Shown here: piece after piece, positions 29,201-42,100 of the stretch
Layout of the letters: every line of letters begins with the position of its first letter
How positions within the stretch are numbered: the first letter of the stretch is position 1
NCBI GenBank assembly: GCA_977030845.1
Contig: OZ365116.1
Coordinates: forward strand, 20,460,001 to 20,524,000
Source of the DNA: Fimbriosthenelais zetlandica
Lineage: Eukaryota
Length of the DNA stretch: 64,000 nucleotides
Direction of reading: 5' to 3'
Position numbers and translations under genes: made by a program
Notes under the pieces: generated by a model
What the model saw: only the letters and a program-made list of their open reading frames with translations
Databases searched by the model: none
What the model was told of the DNA's origin: nothing

Positions 29201-31712
29201 TGTCTCTCTAAGTGGTCAGGGATCAAAATTGCTCGTAGTATTGCACTTCAAATGTGTCTACCGTAAAATTTGTCACTAGTTTTGAAACTAGTTCCGCTCT
29301 TTTAAATAGGAGACCTGTAAGTAGTATGTGGAAAAGTATAATATCCCCGGGTTATATGGATGAGTAGTATATTGCATCCATAATATTTTCGGGGTCAGGG
29401 TCGAAGAACATTGGAGGGGAATGCAATTAGTTGATAGATTATGAGACATTTTAAAAACATGATGCAGGCCACGACATCACTTTCATATCCATAAAGGAAT
29501 AAGGTCATTTATGGTCTGCCATTCTGGCAGTAACGCCCCATGCAAAATTTCTTTCAAAGCCTGGTCATACTCTAACCTGGTCGTAATCCCTTGTTAGCCT
29601 GCTGTCCTAGCCTGGAAATGATGCCATAAAAACACTGCCATGCTTTAGCCATAACTGAGTCTCCAGTTCCCACGGCCTTCACTTCCCACGTTCTAACGGT
29701 TCATCAATTTCACCACTTGCCATCATTGCTGTTATAAAAACCAACCAGTGCATGTCACAAAAAGTGAATCCTTTATGCCACTTCCTATCACCACAGGCTG
29801 TCAGGAAATAATGACACGAGCAAGGTCCCATCTTTTTGGTATCTGAGTTTTTTCCTATGAGAACCCTGGTTGCCTCTAAGCTGTATTTCCCTGGTCTTGC
29901 ACCTGCCAAGTCCCCCAGGCATGGATCCTATCAGATCGCCTGTATTATTCAAGAGAAAGTGAGTCTTTTTTCACTCACAATGCATCCCTTCATCCCCTTC
30001 TACTGATCCCTCCTCAGCCTATAGGGATAAGAGGTTGACATTGATATCTCACTTTAAGACGAGGGATGGGGTCAGCTGGACCTCAAGCCAAGGACCTGTC
30101 GGACACCAACCTCCCCTGAGGTGCCATGTGTGTTTTGGGGGATGGATACATGGATAGAGGGAGAAGCGGAAACCAATTGCTCCCTTAAGATAGAAAGGGA
30201 GGACAACCAGTTCTTATGACACTGTTTTTTGTCTTTTTAAATTGGTGCTGTCTCCAGACCATTTATCAAAAGTAGTCTTAATAGGATCAGAATATTAAAG
30301 CTGTAGTCGTATAATGGACTTCGTTCCACAGTATGACTGAACCTTGATGTTGGTTCTGAATGATTGACTAGGAGATGATATTATGGGAAAATATGATAAT
30401 GGATATGTGCATGATTCCAGATGGAAGCCGCAGGTAATGGAGGGGAGAGCAATAATGACCTCTCATAACATCCCCTTCAACCACGATCCGCCTCTCACCA
30501 AGTATTAGCGAGGTGGCAAATCATTATCTATAGGGATGGGATAGAAATAACCATGATGGACCGAAAGGTGCTATATGTATACAGTTACCAATGCCGCACT
30601 AATGCTTGTATCCTACATATATTCATCAATCAATGTGTTTCTGCTCCAGATACCACCATCCACCATCATAAGTATCCTCAGTCTTTAGTGCCTAAAATGC
30701 TCTAACCTAAGTGCTTTATAAATTCTTTAGTGAAATCCATTTTGGGAGCCGCACTTCTGAGGTAAAAATCACATATAAAAACCATCTGGTACATTGGAAC
30801 TTCCCCTGATAACCTCTAATGGAAAATATATTCACGTTGCATGAACTGATGTGAATTAAATTGTTCTAACAACTATAATAATGCTGAAAATCCCAATTAT
30901 CTTATTCAACTTTAGTGCTTTAAAAGATGATGATGAAATATGGAGCCAACACTTCTTTGTGATTTAAGCCTTGCCATTAAGGCATATCCTCCGCCTGTTG
31001 TGCCTTTGTTGGTGCTAAGCCACTGCTTCATCGAACGCAAAACCAACAGCAATAACCATTATGATAAAAGCTTCTTCCATTAAGCTCATTATCTGGTTTT
31101 GTATCGACTGTCAACAAACAAAGATCTTTTTCTGGTGTCTCCATTTCCTTTACAGCTGAGAACTGAGCTGCGCGGGTCTGAAGGAATGGTAATCTTCAAC
31201 ACAGAATGTTTCCTCAGATTGCTATGATATGTCCTACTCCCCTTATGTCCTTTCTACATTTTCCCCTTTCAATTTGAAGAAAAATTGTGTAAATTAATTA
31301 AATCCAATAATTCTCAAATACTGTCTGTGGCGACCTATTGTTACTCTTTCAATCTATTGCTTGCCACGGACAGGCATATGCACAAGCACTCTGAGTATTT
31401 GCCCTTTATCCTATTGTCGGTGGTTTGCAGGGTGAAAGGTCGTGTCCTTAGTCTTGAAGGCTAATTGCAAACGTGATAGTATATGGTGAGAGGGTGGGTT
31501 TTATGCTTGCACTTGGAAGCACATGTATTGTATATATCTAATGAGAGCATCTTTATATTGAGCCTTGTATTCCAAACTGGTTAGTCATTCATATATCAGA
31601 GCCCCTGAGACATATATGACCTGTTACATAGTATGCCTGCTTGAATCCCGTTCATTTCCTCATGCAATTTGTTGAGGTGATTTTAAGTAAGTCCTTTTTG
31701 TTTGCTGTCCAT

Positions 31713-31856
31713 CCAATCGGTGGAAGGAGGAGAGGAGAAGAGGGGGGAGGAGGGCGGGACAGAGGGCAGCTACTCTGTCAGTGTTCTGTCTGCCCTCGGC
31801 CACCTCCGGGCTAACTGATTACCAAGCCAATCACAGCAATGTGTTGCCATGGCTAC
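31713..31856. promoter_or_regulatory. Promoter/enhancer-like module: CCAAT, GC box, CCAAT, RFX X-box
   Basis: CCAAT 31713-31717; GGGCGGG 31752-31758 within a purine tract; AGCCAATCA 31825-31833; GTTGCCATGGCTAC 31843-31856. Confidence 0.45.
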
Positions 31857-33135
31857 GTAATCCCTGCCAAATGAGGCCTAGTGTTGGTTGGAGTGATAAG
31901 CCATGTCAGTATTGTGGTGGGGAGGGTTGTGGTCAGGAATATAGGCGTGGTAGTAACTGTTAAATCCACCTTAAACCACCTAGTATTTGAGGAAGAGTAT
32001 GTGGACGCAGGTCACCCTAATCCCTTCACACACTGACTGTCTTAACCTGCTAAATATTTTATTGAACTTAAGAGTCATCCAATTTGAACAGCAGGAACAG
32101 AGTTTGTTCTAGCTTAGTTTGAAAGACCTTCATTACTGTTCCATTGCAGCTAGCTCCTGTTCATCTTCAATGTGGTTCAGAATCTGAAATTCAACAGTTC
32201 CAGATCCCTGTCATGTGGATTAAAAACCTATGTTTTAATGTATCCCAAGTCTTTTACTATCTTCAGAGTTGACAGTGAAATATAAGATATATTTTACTAT
32301 GCCCAAGCGAGGGACTGGCTGTCAAAACGTCTTGCCATCTCAGCAAATCCTTGGCACTATGGGACACAGAGAAAAATGCCTTAACGTATAGCATGGGACC
32401 GCTGCCTGTCACAAACGTTTACTTCATTACAACAGTATATGTTTTACATTCACTTTACATGAAATGAATTTGGCAGGTTATAAATTTACTTCGAAACATA
32501 AACATTTTAACTATGTTATCTCATATCATATTTATGCGTCCTTGTTGTTTAATTCTGAAGGCATATGCTTCTACAATATTAATCCTAATCAAATTTGGAA
32601 CTCCTATCCGTATCAATTTATGAGCCTTAAAGAAGAAGAACCTTGCGTGCCTCAGTTTCAGGGTGTGGGAATATAAAGAGAAGGCACATTTAGTGGTCAT
32701 GTTTTTTGGGAGAATGCTGTCAGTTGCTGTTTTCATTAAAAGGTTGACTGGTATGTGCCGAGAGCTGACAGAACACAAAAAGACTCATGTATATGTAAGC
32801 TGGGCCTGTCACTCTTCATCTCCTTTCTTTTTCTTGAAGCCTGTTCTTGTTTGTACTAATGGATGTCTATAGTCATACCCTTTTCAATGATGCAATCAGA
32901 TATCAAATTGTATTATGGGAAATGGATTATTTAAAAGGAAGCTTTGGCAGGTGTTTTAAATGTTAAACGTCCTTTGCTTCTCACATGCCTCCTCCTATTC
33001 CATTCCTCCCTTCTATTGTTTCTTTATTTCTTTTAAATCCATTCCAGTTTTATTAAAACATAATCTGGGAAAACATCACTGATTTCTACCCGTGCACATC
33101 ATTTACTACATGTCTATGACTTGTGTCTTTTACAG

Positions 33136-36100
33136 GTGGCTCTCGTGAAGTGGAACGAACCCTACCAGAAACTAGCAACATGTGATGTGACAGGTGTCAT
33201 ATTTGTCTGGATTAAACATGAGGGCAGATGGTCTATAGAACTCATCAATGATCGAAACAGTCAGGTGAGACATATTTCACATTTCTTCACTCTCTCCAAA
33301 CCTTGTATTGGGAGACCTTCGACTTGCTAACTAAAGCCCTGTTACTCTACACTTCTACAAGTTAGAGTGTGGAAGAAAAGGAATACATTCATCTTTAGCC
33401 CAGACATAAAAGGAGTGAAGCCGAGATGAGTCATCAAAGAGCTACATTTTCCCTGCCTAGCATGCTTCACAAGTCCCTTTGTTCACTCTTACCTCTACAA
33501 AGTTCTCTCCTCTTCCTTATCCAACACCTTAAGTAAAGAGATGTGAGAGAGAAATGCAGTGCCTTACTAGAGAGTAAAACCTAGGAACGAAAATTGCAAG
33601 TTTATATATATACTCTCCTTTTGACTTTCTGTTATACATTTCATGGGAGTATGACGTTCTAAATGAGACATGGTGAGGTCTTATAGTCAGAGAAATCTTA
33701 ATCAGGAGATGCAGAATTTTCTTTTATATCCTTACGATAAATAAGGTGTTAGTAATAGTCTGACCTTCACAATCTATTTGGAATTGAGCCAATTTGGTCA
33801 TGGTTCCTTTGATATGAGGAGGTAAACAGCCTATCCTTCATACAGGCTATACTAATTGATACAGTAAGAAGGCACATTTTGACAGGTCTTTATCATGTTG
33901 TTTGTTTGTGTAGGTGACAGATTTCGCCTGGTCTCACGATGGTAGGATGGCCTTGATATGCTACCGGGACGGGTTTGTGTTGGTGGGGTCAGTGGCAGGT
34001 CAGCGCTACTGGTCATCAATGCTCAACCTGGACGGATGTACCATAACCTGTGGTATATGGAGTCCTGACGACGCCAAGGTAACTCTTCATATTGTCTATA
34101 GCATCTAGGTCTCTGTTAGGGGCCCTGACAAATGATACCAACTTAGGGTTGGTTTATTTTGTGTTTCATCAACTGTAAAGTTTAATTGAATGTTGCTTTG
34201 CGACGAGTATTGCATTGTGTCTCTGAATGTTCCTCTTAAACGATGGCTATAGCTAGTATGTGTTGCTTGTTGGATTGCCTGCATAGGGAATGTGGGATAT
34301 GTGATATGAAGGGGTGTGATTTATTTATGGATTTGGATAGGGATCAATGAGTATGTTGAATGAAGCGTCAGTGTGAGGATATGGGGTTAAGATTATGAAT
34401 GATGGACTGGGAATGCATGCTGGATGAGTGATGGGTAGGATTATCATGAGATATACCTCATCATCCTTACCCACATCAATACCGGTCCAACCCCCCTGAG
34501 AATGATGACACACCATTCTGTCATTGGCAGATAATAACATTGATTGACAGTAGGATGAGCCTAATCCACCCCCCTTGTAGCAATCCTACAGAATGCCAAA
34601 AACCATGGATACGTCTTGCTTGGTGCATTAGTTACCTTGGTATCCAAGCAACTAATGGACAAGTGTGGTCATCAGAAAGTCTTAACTGTGATGGAGATAT
34701 AAAAAGCCATCCACCCTCCTAAAAGGTATTAGGTCGGTCATACAAGATACTGCTGTGAGGACAACAACTTTCTGTTGTATAACATTATAACACAATGTTC
34801 ATGATAGAACACAAACATGAGCTGTATATTCACAAAGGGGGCTATACTAGGTGAGATGTTTCCTTATTGAAATCTATCCGGTTTAGTCAGTGACATTGCC
34901 AGTTTTTGAGTATTTGAGTATTAAAAACACATCAAAATTAGATTCTGATTCTTGAAACTTTTCATTTCCTGGGAGCAATTGATACACTTGCGGTTTGTGG
35001 TATTGTAGACAAGCTCTACTTGCAAGAATCATTGCAAGAATCAGAAGGCAATTATCCCTGGTGGGTACCCAATTAGTGTACCTGGTCATTAGATATAACT
35101 ACAAGATATTCATGACTTGCAAATCTTGTAAAGTTTCATAAATATGACCTTCAATGTCTCCTCACACAGGAGGGAAGGTGCGGGGTTACAGATGCCAGCC
35201 AACTACATGGACTTGGTTGGGGGAAGTTTCACATTTTGTTGTTCTGTTCTCTTGCCTTACCAACTGTGTTCAATGGAGCATACACTAGTGAAAGCCTATT
35301 GTCAGCTTTGAGGTCTTTTAACAAAATGAATCTACTTGTTAGACTTCGAATACATGGGATACAATGACACATAATGCAGCTTCTATAATATAGTTGGATA
35401 TCCCTGGGCCATTTCCTACCAACATCTGTTCGCATTTGCGACTCAAGTATTGATGCTTGGACTTTAATCTTTCATTAATTCCTCTGTAAAGTACTTTTTT
35501 ATGCTCTGGACTTGCAGGTACTGTTTGGGACAACCGATGGTCAGGTAATTGTGATGTCTGCAAATGGCGCCATGTTGGCTCAAGTTACACTCGTGGATGG
35601 CACTGAGATAACAGGCATGGCCTGGTCCTGTGAGAAATTCTACCTGGACGAGAGAGACAGCAATGACAGTGATAACCAGGGTAAGTCATGTCATTCATTG
35701 ACATTATAATATTGCAAAAAAGAAAGAATCAGTTCCCAATATCATGAGTGACAACTGTAGTTCATGTTTCCAGTCCGGTTTATTATGTAGATCTATAATG
35801 ATATTGTACCCACACTCTGTATGGCAGCTTTGGCAATACCCTAAATGTGTCCTTGGCACTGGATTGCTAGCTTGGTTCCATCTTTATTCCATGCCAAGTT
35901 AGCGCTAAACCTATCACACACCATGGCCTTCACTAAAAAAAAGACCTGCTCTCTGATTGCATCTAACTGGCATGATTGCTGTAGCAGTTTGCACGCTGGG
36001 AAGGAGTGACTTTAAACGAGTCTGCCAGGAAAACATTGTGCTAATTGCCTTAATGTCAAAGGCTGTATTTAATTGGCATGCTGATAGACGCCACTACTGG

Positions 36101-39100
36101 TCCCACTCTACTGGGCGTTCCTTAAAATGATCCCTTTTTTACTGGATCCTTTTTTGTTTGGATCAGCGAGAATGTAATGGATTGCCATGATAATCTGAAT
36201 ATCCTTTGTAATGATTTATCCAAAGTGTGATAAATGATAAAGGCCATTTATCGCTACTTGCATTGATAACCTATGAATATTCAACGAATGTCTGCAGGCT
36301 TTTCTATCGAGTCCTCCATTATAAAAATTGCCTTCGATTTGGAAGAAGACATTTGCCATTTATTTTTGTGGTCTTTTATCGGTGGAAGAAAGTGTTTCTT
36401 TACATCATCTATGGCCTCTGAGCGTGACTGCTGCTATTTCAACATCGCCACTTGATGGCTTATTTGCATGGTGTGATAGATATCTCGACAAGATGGCTTA
36501 AAACGTTTCGTATTAAAGCTTTCCCGGTTTCAGCCGAGACTTTGGTGAAACACCATGAATATTTATACCAAATATCATCAGCTACAAATTGTAGCCTCAT
36601 TAGCCTGGGCATAAATCTTGCTTCAAGTAATTCTCCATCTCAGCCTGGCCCTGAAGGGATGGAAATGCATCCCTACAAGCTATTAATTAAGCTTGGTGAA
36701 ATAAATGGAGTCTGAAAGTTAGAGAACTTCCTTCCATCGTGTGCGTTCAACTGTGGTCCTCTCAAAATCGGCTTTCAGCCATGCTTAGAAAAAGAATGAT
36801 GATAAAAGATTTGACATGCGCATGGTCTAAGATATTATGATATTTGGTGTCTTTTTGGAGCACATTTAGCGGAGAAATTTGAGTATTGCCTTTCTAGTCT
36901 CAATATTAAATTTAGTAAATTTTCTCTCATTTGGACAAAACAGTTTAATTTATTTGCTCACACATCCAAAATAACGCTTGGCATTCAATGGCTGATTATA
37001 CTTTGTTAATAACTTCATTAAATCACTTCCTTTCATCTTTTTACTTCCTTCATCAAATTGGTCTCCTCCAAACTTTGTTTTAATTTTCACTCTTTCATTT
37101 TTGATGAAGACTACAAATTAGAACAGAAAGGGAGCTAATTGACTTGAGATAGATAATAAATCTCCCCGGGCGCAGACAAAACTGCCCAAATAATGTAAAT
37201 ATAAATTTCCTGGATTTCCTTTCTTCACCCTCCTTTCCTTGGTTTGATTGTAGCTCCCACTTGTTGAATCCTAATGGGTGCTAGACTGGAGGTAACTATA
37301 TGTTACGTTTGCTATACAGGAAGACTCCTACTATGTGAATATAGCTATTGTTGCATAAATCACATTTCCGGAAGCCAGGGACAAAGTCAAAACTTTACAG
37401 CATTACAGGAAATCCCGGATTCATGCATTTTACTTCTCCAGTGGGAATGGCTGAACGCTAAGGGCTTATCAGAGCCTACACTGTTATGAGACGTAAATCT
37501 CTGCACGGTTATCCCTTACCTCTTTATATATTCATTGTCTACATGCGGGATTATTGCTCCTTTGTGAGATGCCGCCTGTCTCTATCCTCCCATTTATTGC
37601 CTGCCTTTGTCTGGCAAAAATTAAAGTAGTATTGTACTAGAATCGGTTATGTCTGAAAACTGTTCTGCTCTGCAGAAGATTGACAACTGATTTGCCCCGG
37701 ATGGAACAGAGGTACCGAATGATTCAGTGTTATTACAAAGTTTCATCTGACTATAGAAATGTCTGGTCTCCAACCTCTATGAAACTGTAATATACATGGA
37801 TGATAGCTCTCAGGGGAACCTATGCTTTCTCATCTGTCTCCTTCCGGGACAAGACTGCAGGCCTCATATATCAGAGCTTTCAGCGTAGAAGCATTCTTTG
37901 TAATTTCAAATTAAATTAAATGATTAATCTCCACCAGGAATTTTAAGCTTTTAAGATCTTGCTATGTTTTGAGACTGTATAGCAGCAAGGAAGGCATTTT
38001 TCTCTCAGGTATCTACTCAAGTGATTATAAAGGCAACTGCTAATTTCCTTATTTCTTCCTTTCAGTTGAGAGGAACTATACGCTAGCTGTATGCTTTAAG
38101 ACAGGCATTATATATCTACTCTTCAACTACGATGATGTTTGTCCGCGAATTATTCACACTGGACTGACAGGTTAGTCACTAGACAAATTACTGTCGTATT
38201 TCTTCATTGTATAACTACTGTCCTATTGTGAGCTCTGCTAGTAGTACATATATCCATTCAATGTCACGGATATCCTGTTATATAATGGGACGTCTCCACA
38301 CTATGAAACCAAAGCTTGATGGCATATCGTACATGTATTCTCTACGTAGAACCCATAAAACTAACGACATCCTTCAGTACTTCGTGTCTGTCCTCCATAA
38401 TGACCCTTCTTCCAGTCCATCAGCCCATTCCTACACATAGCTTCTACCATTCTGCCCTGCACCCCCTGGTCTTCAACCCAGCCCTCAATTGCTGCTTAAC
38501 ACAAAATCCCTCCATTGGGTGAGGTAAAGGGGCAGGGCATAGAGTCCGGCCTGTAGCTAAGATGACCTAGGTAAATTACTAGGAACTCTGCTTGGATTAG
38601 AGGGTCTACAGCTCTGCTAACACTTATTCCAGAATGATCAAACTCCTAGCAGAAGGACAACATCATCAAGTTTCTCTTCAGGAATGCGTATCTGTGGTTC
38701 CAATAAGATGAACTCAATTCTCAGGAGGCTTCTCCTTACGTTTCTCTATATTTGTATGAGTGTAACAGTTCTACATTATGATTTTACATTCTGACTTTTT
38801 CATTTGTAACCTGTGTGGGTGCTGGTCTGATACATTGATAGATTAGAAGTTGTTCTGAGGAAAGATGAGGGAGCATCCCAGGATCAGTCTGAATTAGAAT
38901 GAATAGACATGGGGCTCAGTGTGAGTGATTTGTAGTGATCATTTGACCTCAAGGCCTGGTATTCAATGTGTGGATGGCGTGTTCCAGTACTGGCGTCTCA
39001 CCACGTGATAACTGATGATGTAATCATAACATAGACACCCCGGGCTGCCCCCTGGGGTCATCTTTGACCTCAAGATCAGAGCAGAAGTTCAGGTCAGGGT

Positions 39101-42100
39101 CAGCACACACACATTGCCATGGAAACTGGTAGTGGGTATTTGTCCACATTGACCTTGTCTAGCACACATGAAGATCCTGCTGTCTAATGGCACCCCATCA
39201 TGCAAGCTTGGCTGAAGCTCTGACCTCTAAATATCATTGGCGGTGGTCTTTGATGGGATAATTTACCATGCATTGTCAATATTCCCTCCTCAGCATGCAG
39301 AACATCGATTTGTCATGGAAGAAATCGTTTTATGTCAGAGGAAAGGAGAATTTATCTGGGAAAGAAGATACTTGAGGGTTGCCTCTGATGCCAATTTGTA
39401 TGCTGTGATTGCCGGGATAGTGCTACTGGACCTCCCGGATCTTTATGGATGACAAATATATTTCAAGCAATGTATAAACAAATCTAATTTTGTTCATGAC
39501 ATAAAGGTCGCGTTTGTACCTGTATCAATATTCAAACTGCATTCCCTTGAGTCTCCTCCAATATCAAAGACTAAGTAATCACAAAGCGAAGTCTTAGCTG
39601 CAATTGTCCTACATATATAAAGGAGTTTCATCACCCTGAAGTAGGTATTCACAGCCACCATTCCTCTCAGAACTTAATACCACCAGATTGGTCTTGTAGG
39701 AATTTCAGATGGAGCCCAAGAGGCTGTCAAAGGTGTTATAAAGAGAAAAAAAATGTTTAGCTTCGAGGCAGGAAGATGAGTAAGCTATAAACAGGGGGTA
39801 AGGAATTGTCCCCTGATATCCCCTGAGAGGATCCAATATACTCGGCTCTTCTGAATTATTGATGATGATGGGCTTTTGCAATGCAATTGTTTTTTTACTA
39901 CAGGCCAAGAAGTGTTTCCAACAATATTTTTACAATGCTTCTATTAATTTACACTCCTAGCACTAGAGACGTGTGTAATAAAATACACCATTGTATTGGA
40001 GTGAGCTAAACTACACTGGCTTTGTCAGATCTCACTTTCAACATTGAGTTCATGAGGACCAAGCCTTGTATCCTGCACTTGAATGAACAATGCTTTGATA
40101 TCACAATGATGTTGTTGAGTTAGGCTTTCAAGTTCAGGTTTTGATGTTGTCCTGCAAGGCTGATCAAAGCACATGAATATATAAGCCGGATATATGTTCC
40201 CTTTGGAACCGTCGACTTTCAAGAAGGATTCAGATCACTTGGAGGAGAAGTGACCTTATGATATGACTTGACTCTTATTTCCTTCACGAGCCACATATTG
40301 ATTGCCTGGATACCATGCTTGAAATTGAGGGTCAAAAGCAGGGAGTTCTTCTTCCAACGAAAAAAAATCAATCTCAATGACTTTTCTCTTGGCGAAGATT
40401 GTTGTGTGTCTATGAATTGGAAGTGGGTTGGAGTTGGAAGAGTCCCTTTTACGAGCTCTGCTTTATGAAAAGCTGAGCTGATTGTGTCGACCAAGAAGGC
40501 AAAAATTAAAGTAGTGTTGTACTGGAATCGGTTATGTGCTGTCCATTGTCACCATACTCATATAGTTGGCCATTTGGTGTGTATTTTCCATATTGATCCA
40601 GGGACCACGTCCACACTTTGAATTGAGATGCTAAGTTCCAATGAGCTGAAACAAGACAAGGCTCGGTGTCTATTAAAGCTGTTCCAACACATCACTCAAC
40701 CTGCTGATGGCAGGGATGTTACTGGTGTGTTGGAGAGTGAAGCTGGTCCCATTAAAAAGCAAGCCTGCTGGATGAAATTTGAGATGTTCTTTCTATTTTT
40801 CAGGAGTTAAAATGGAATGGTGTAATGATGGTGAGATTTTGGCTGTTACTGGATTTGTTCGTCTGCCAAACCTTGACTGTAAAAACGAGCTTCGGTTTTA
40901 CACCCCTGATGGACATCTGAGATACAGCATCTCCATTCCACATCTGGTAAGAACCAAAGGAAATCTTCTCATTTATCCCCAGTAACCGTTAGGAGGAAGC
41001 CTCGCAAATCACCATTTTGTCTAACCCAATCTTTCAGCATTGACCTCTGACTCAGATGTCTTTTTTGTACTTGAGATTTGGCAGGTTATTATTTACCAAG
41101 GGCAAAAGCCTTGATCTGTAGAACTCATATGACCTTTTTGTACCCAGGGTAAACCGGTGACCGCCTTGACTTGGGGTCACAACAACAAGCGTCTGTTTGT
41201 AGCAGTGGGCTGCTATATCTACACTGCCTGGGTCACACGCAAGGTGGCATTGCTGCAGTTCCTCTGTCGCCGAGCCATTCAGAAAGTTCTTAAAGATGAT
41301 TCCATGGTTTCCAGGCTTCCCCTACCAACAAAATTACGACACAGTATATGTGCTCTATTTTCACCTACAGTAAAGGTAAGCAGAGTTGTATTCTGGTCCT
41401 TGAATTATTTTGAATGCATTGATTTAATCATGGGAATATATCATATTAATTTCAGGGATTTATCATATCATATATGAGTAGTTACCCTTTTAATCTTCAA
41501 TTATTGGACATAATTATATCGTATAGGGCTACATTCCTGATCCCCTCCGCCTCCGTGAGTTTGTGTGTATGCCACCTCCTGGTACTGAACGATTACACTG
41601 TACAATGATCAGACATGGTGAAGAAACATCAGGAGGACATTATATGCTCTATTTGGAATACCTTGGTGGACTCATACCACTTCTCAAAGGCAAGAGGGCA
41701 TCCAAAATCCGGCCAGAATTTGTCATTTTTGATCCCAAAATCAAAACAGGAACAAAAGCTGGTGAGTTCGTGCACTATTGTGAGCAGATATTGTCTTATT
41801 AAGTTTGAAAAACGGTTATAACATGTGTTATCATGTGGCTAATAGGTTCATGAGAAATTGTTTCTTCAACTTGCAGATGAAGAAGATATTTTTATCAGTT
41901 CTGAGAGTGCAAGCAGTGAAAGTGACCTCGACCAAGACGTGGTTGTTGAGGGCTGTGGATCTCCCAGGATGCAACGAAAGAAAAAACTCAAAAAGCTTCG
42001 CCAGAGAATTGAACGCCGTGACAGCACTGCCTCCCAACGCCCACTTGATGAACTGCTTTATGATGACAACTTGCCCGAGGTGAGATGCCTGCTGGTCAAT

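Larger units (their letters stand above)
1..33135 (+). other. Probable distal part of a very long TULP4 intron (at least 33 kb)
   Basis: The exon at 33136 starts mid-WD40 after a clean tttacag acceptor. No ORF in the track and no motif search (MGKVP, GWLA, GVTFT, NLRGH) found the missing N-terminal exon, and no other recognisable protein-coding exons were seen. Inference. Confidence 0.7.

Noticed and set aside
421-32872. Numerous 60-145 aa ORFs in the long intron on both strands
   Set aside because: No recognisable domains, many non-ATG starts, random-like composition and no consistent splice chain. Nested exons cannot be fully excluded without RNA data.
39237-40494. ORFs in the TULP4 intron as transposase remnants
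   Set aside because: No DDE or other recognisable motif; possibly TE-derived but unsupported.
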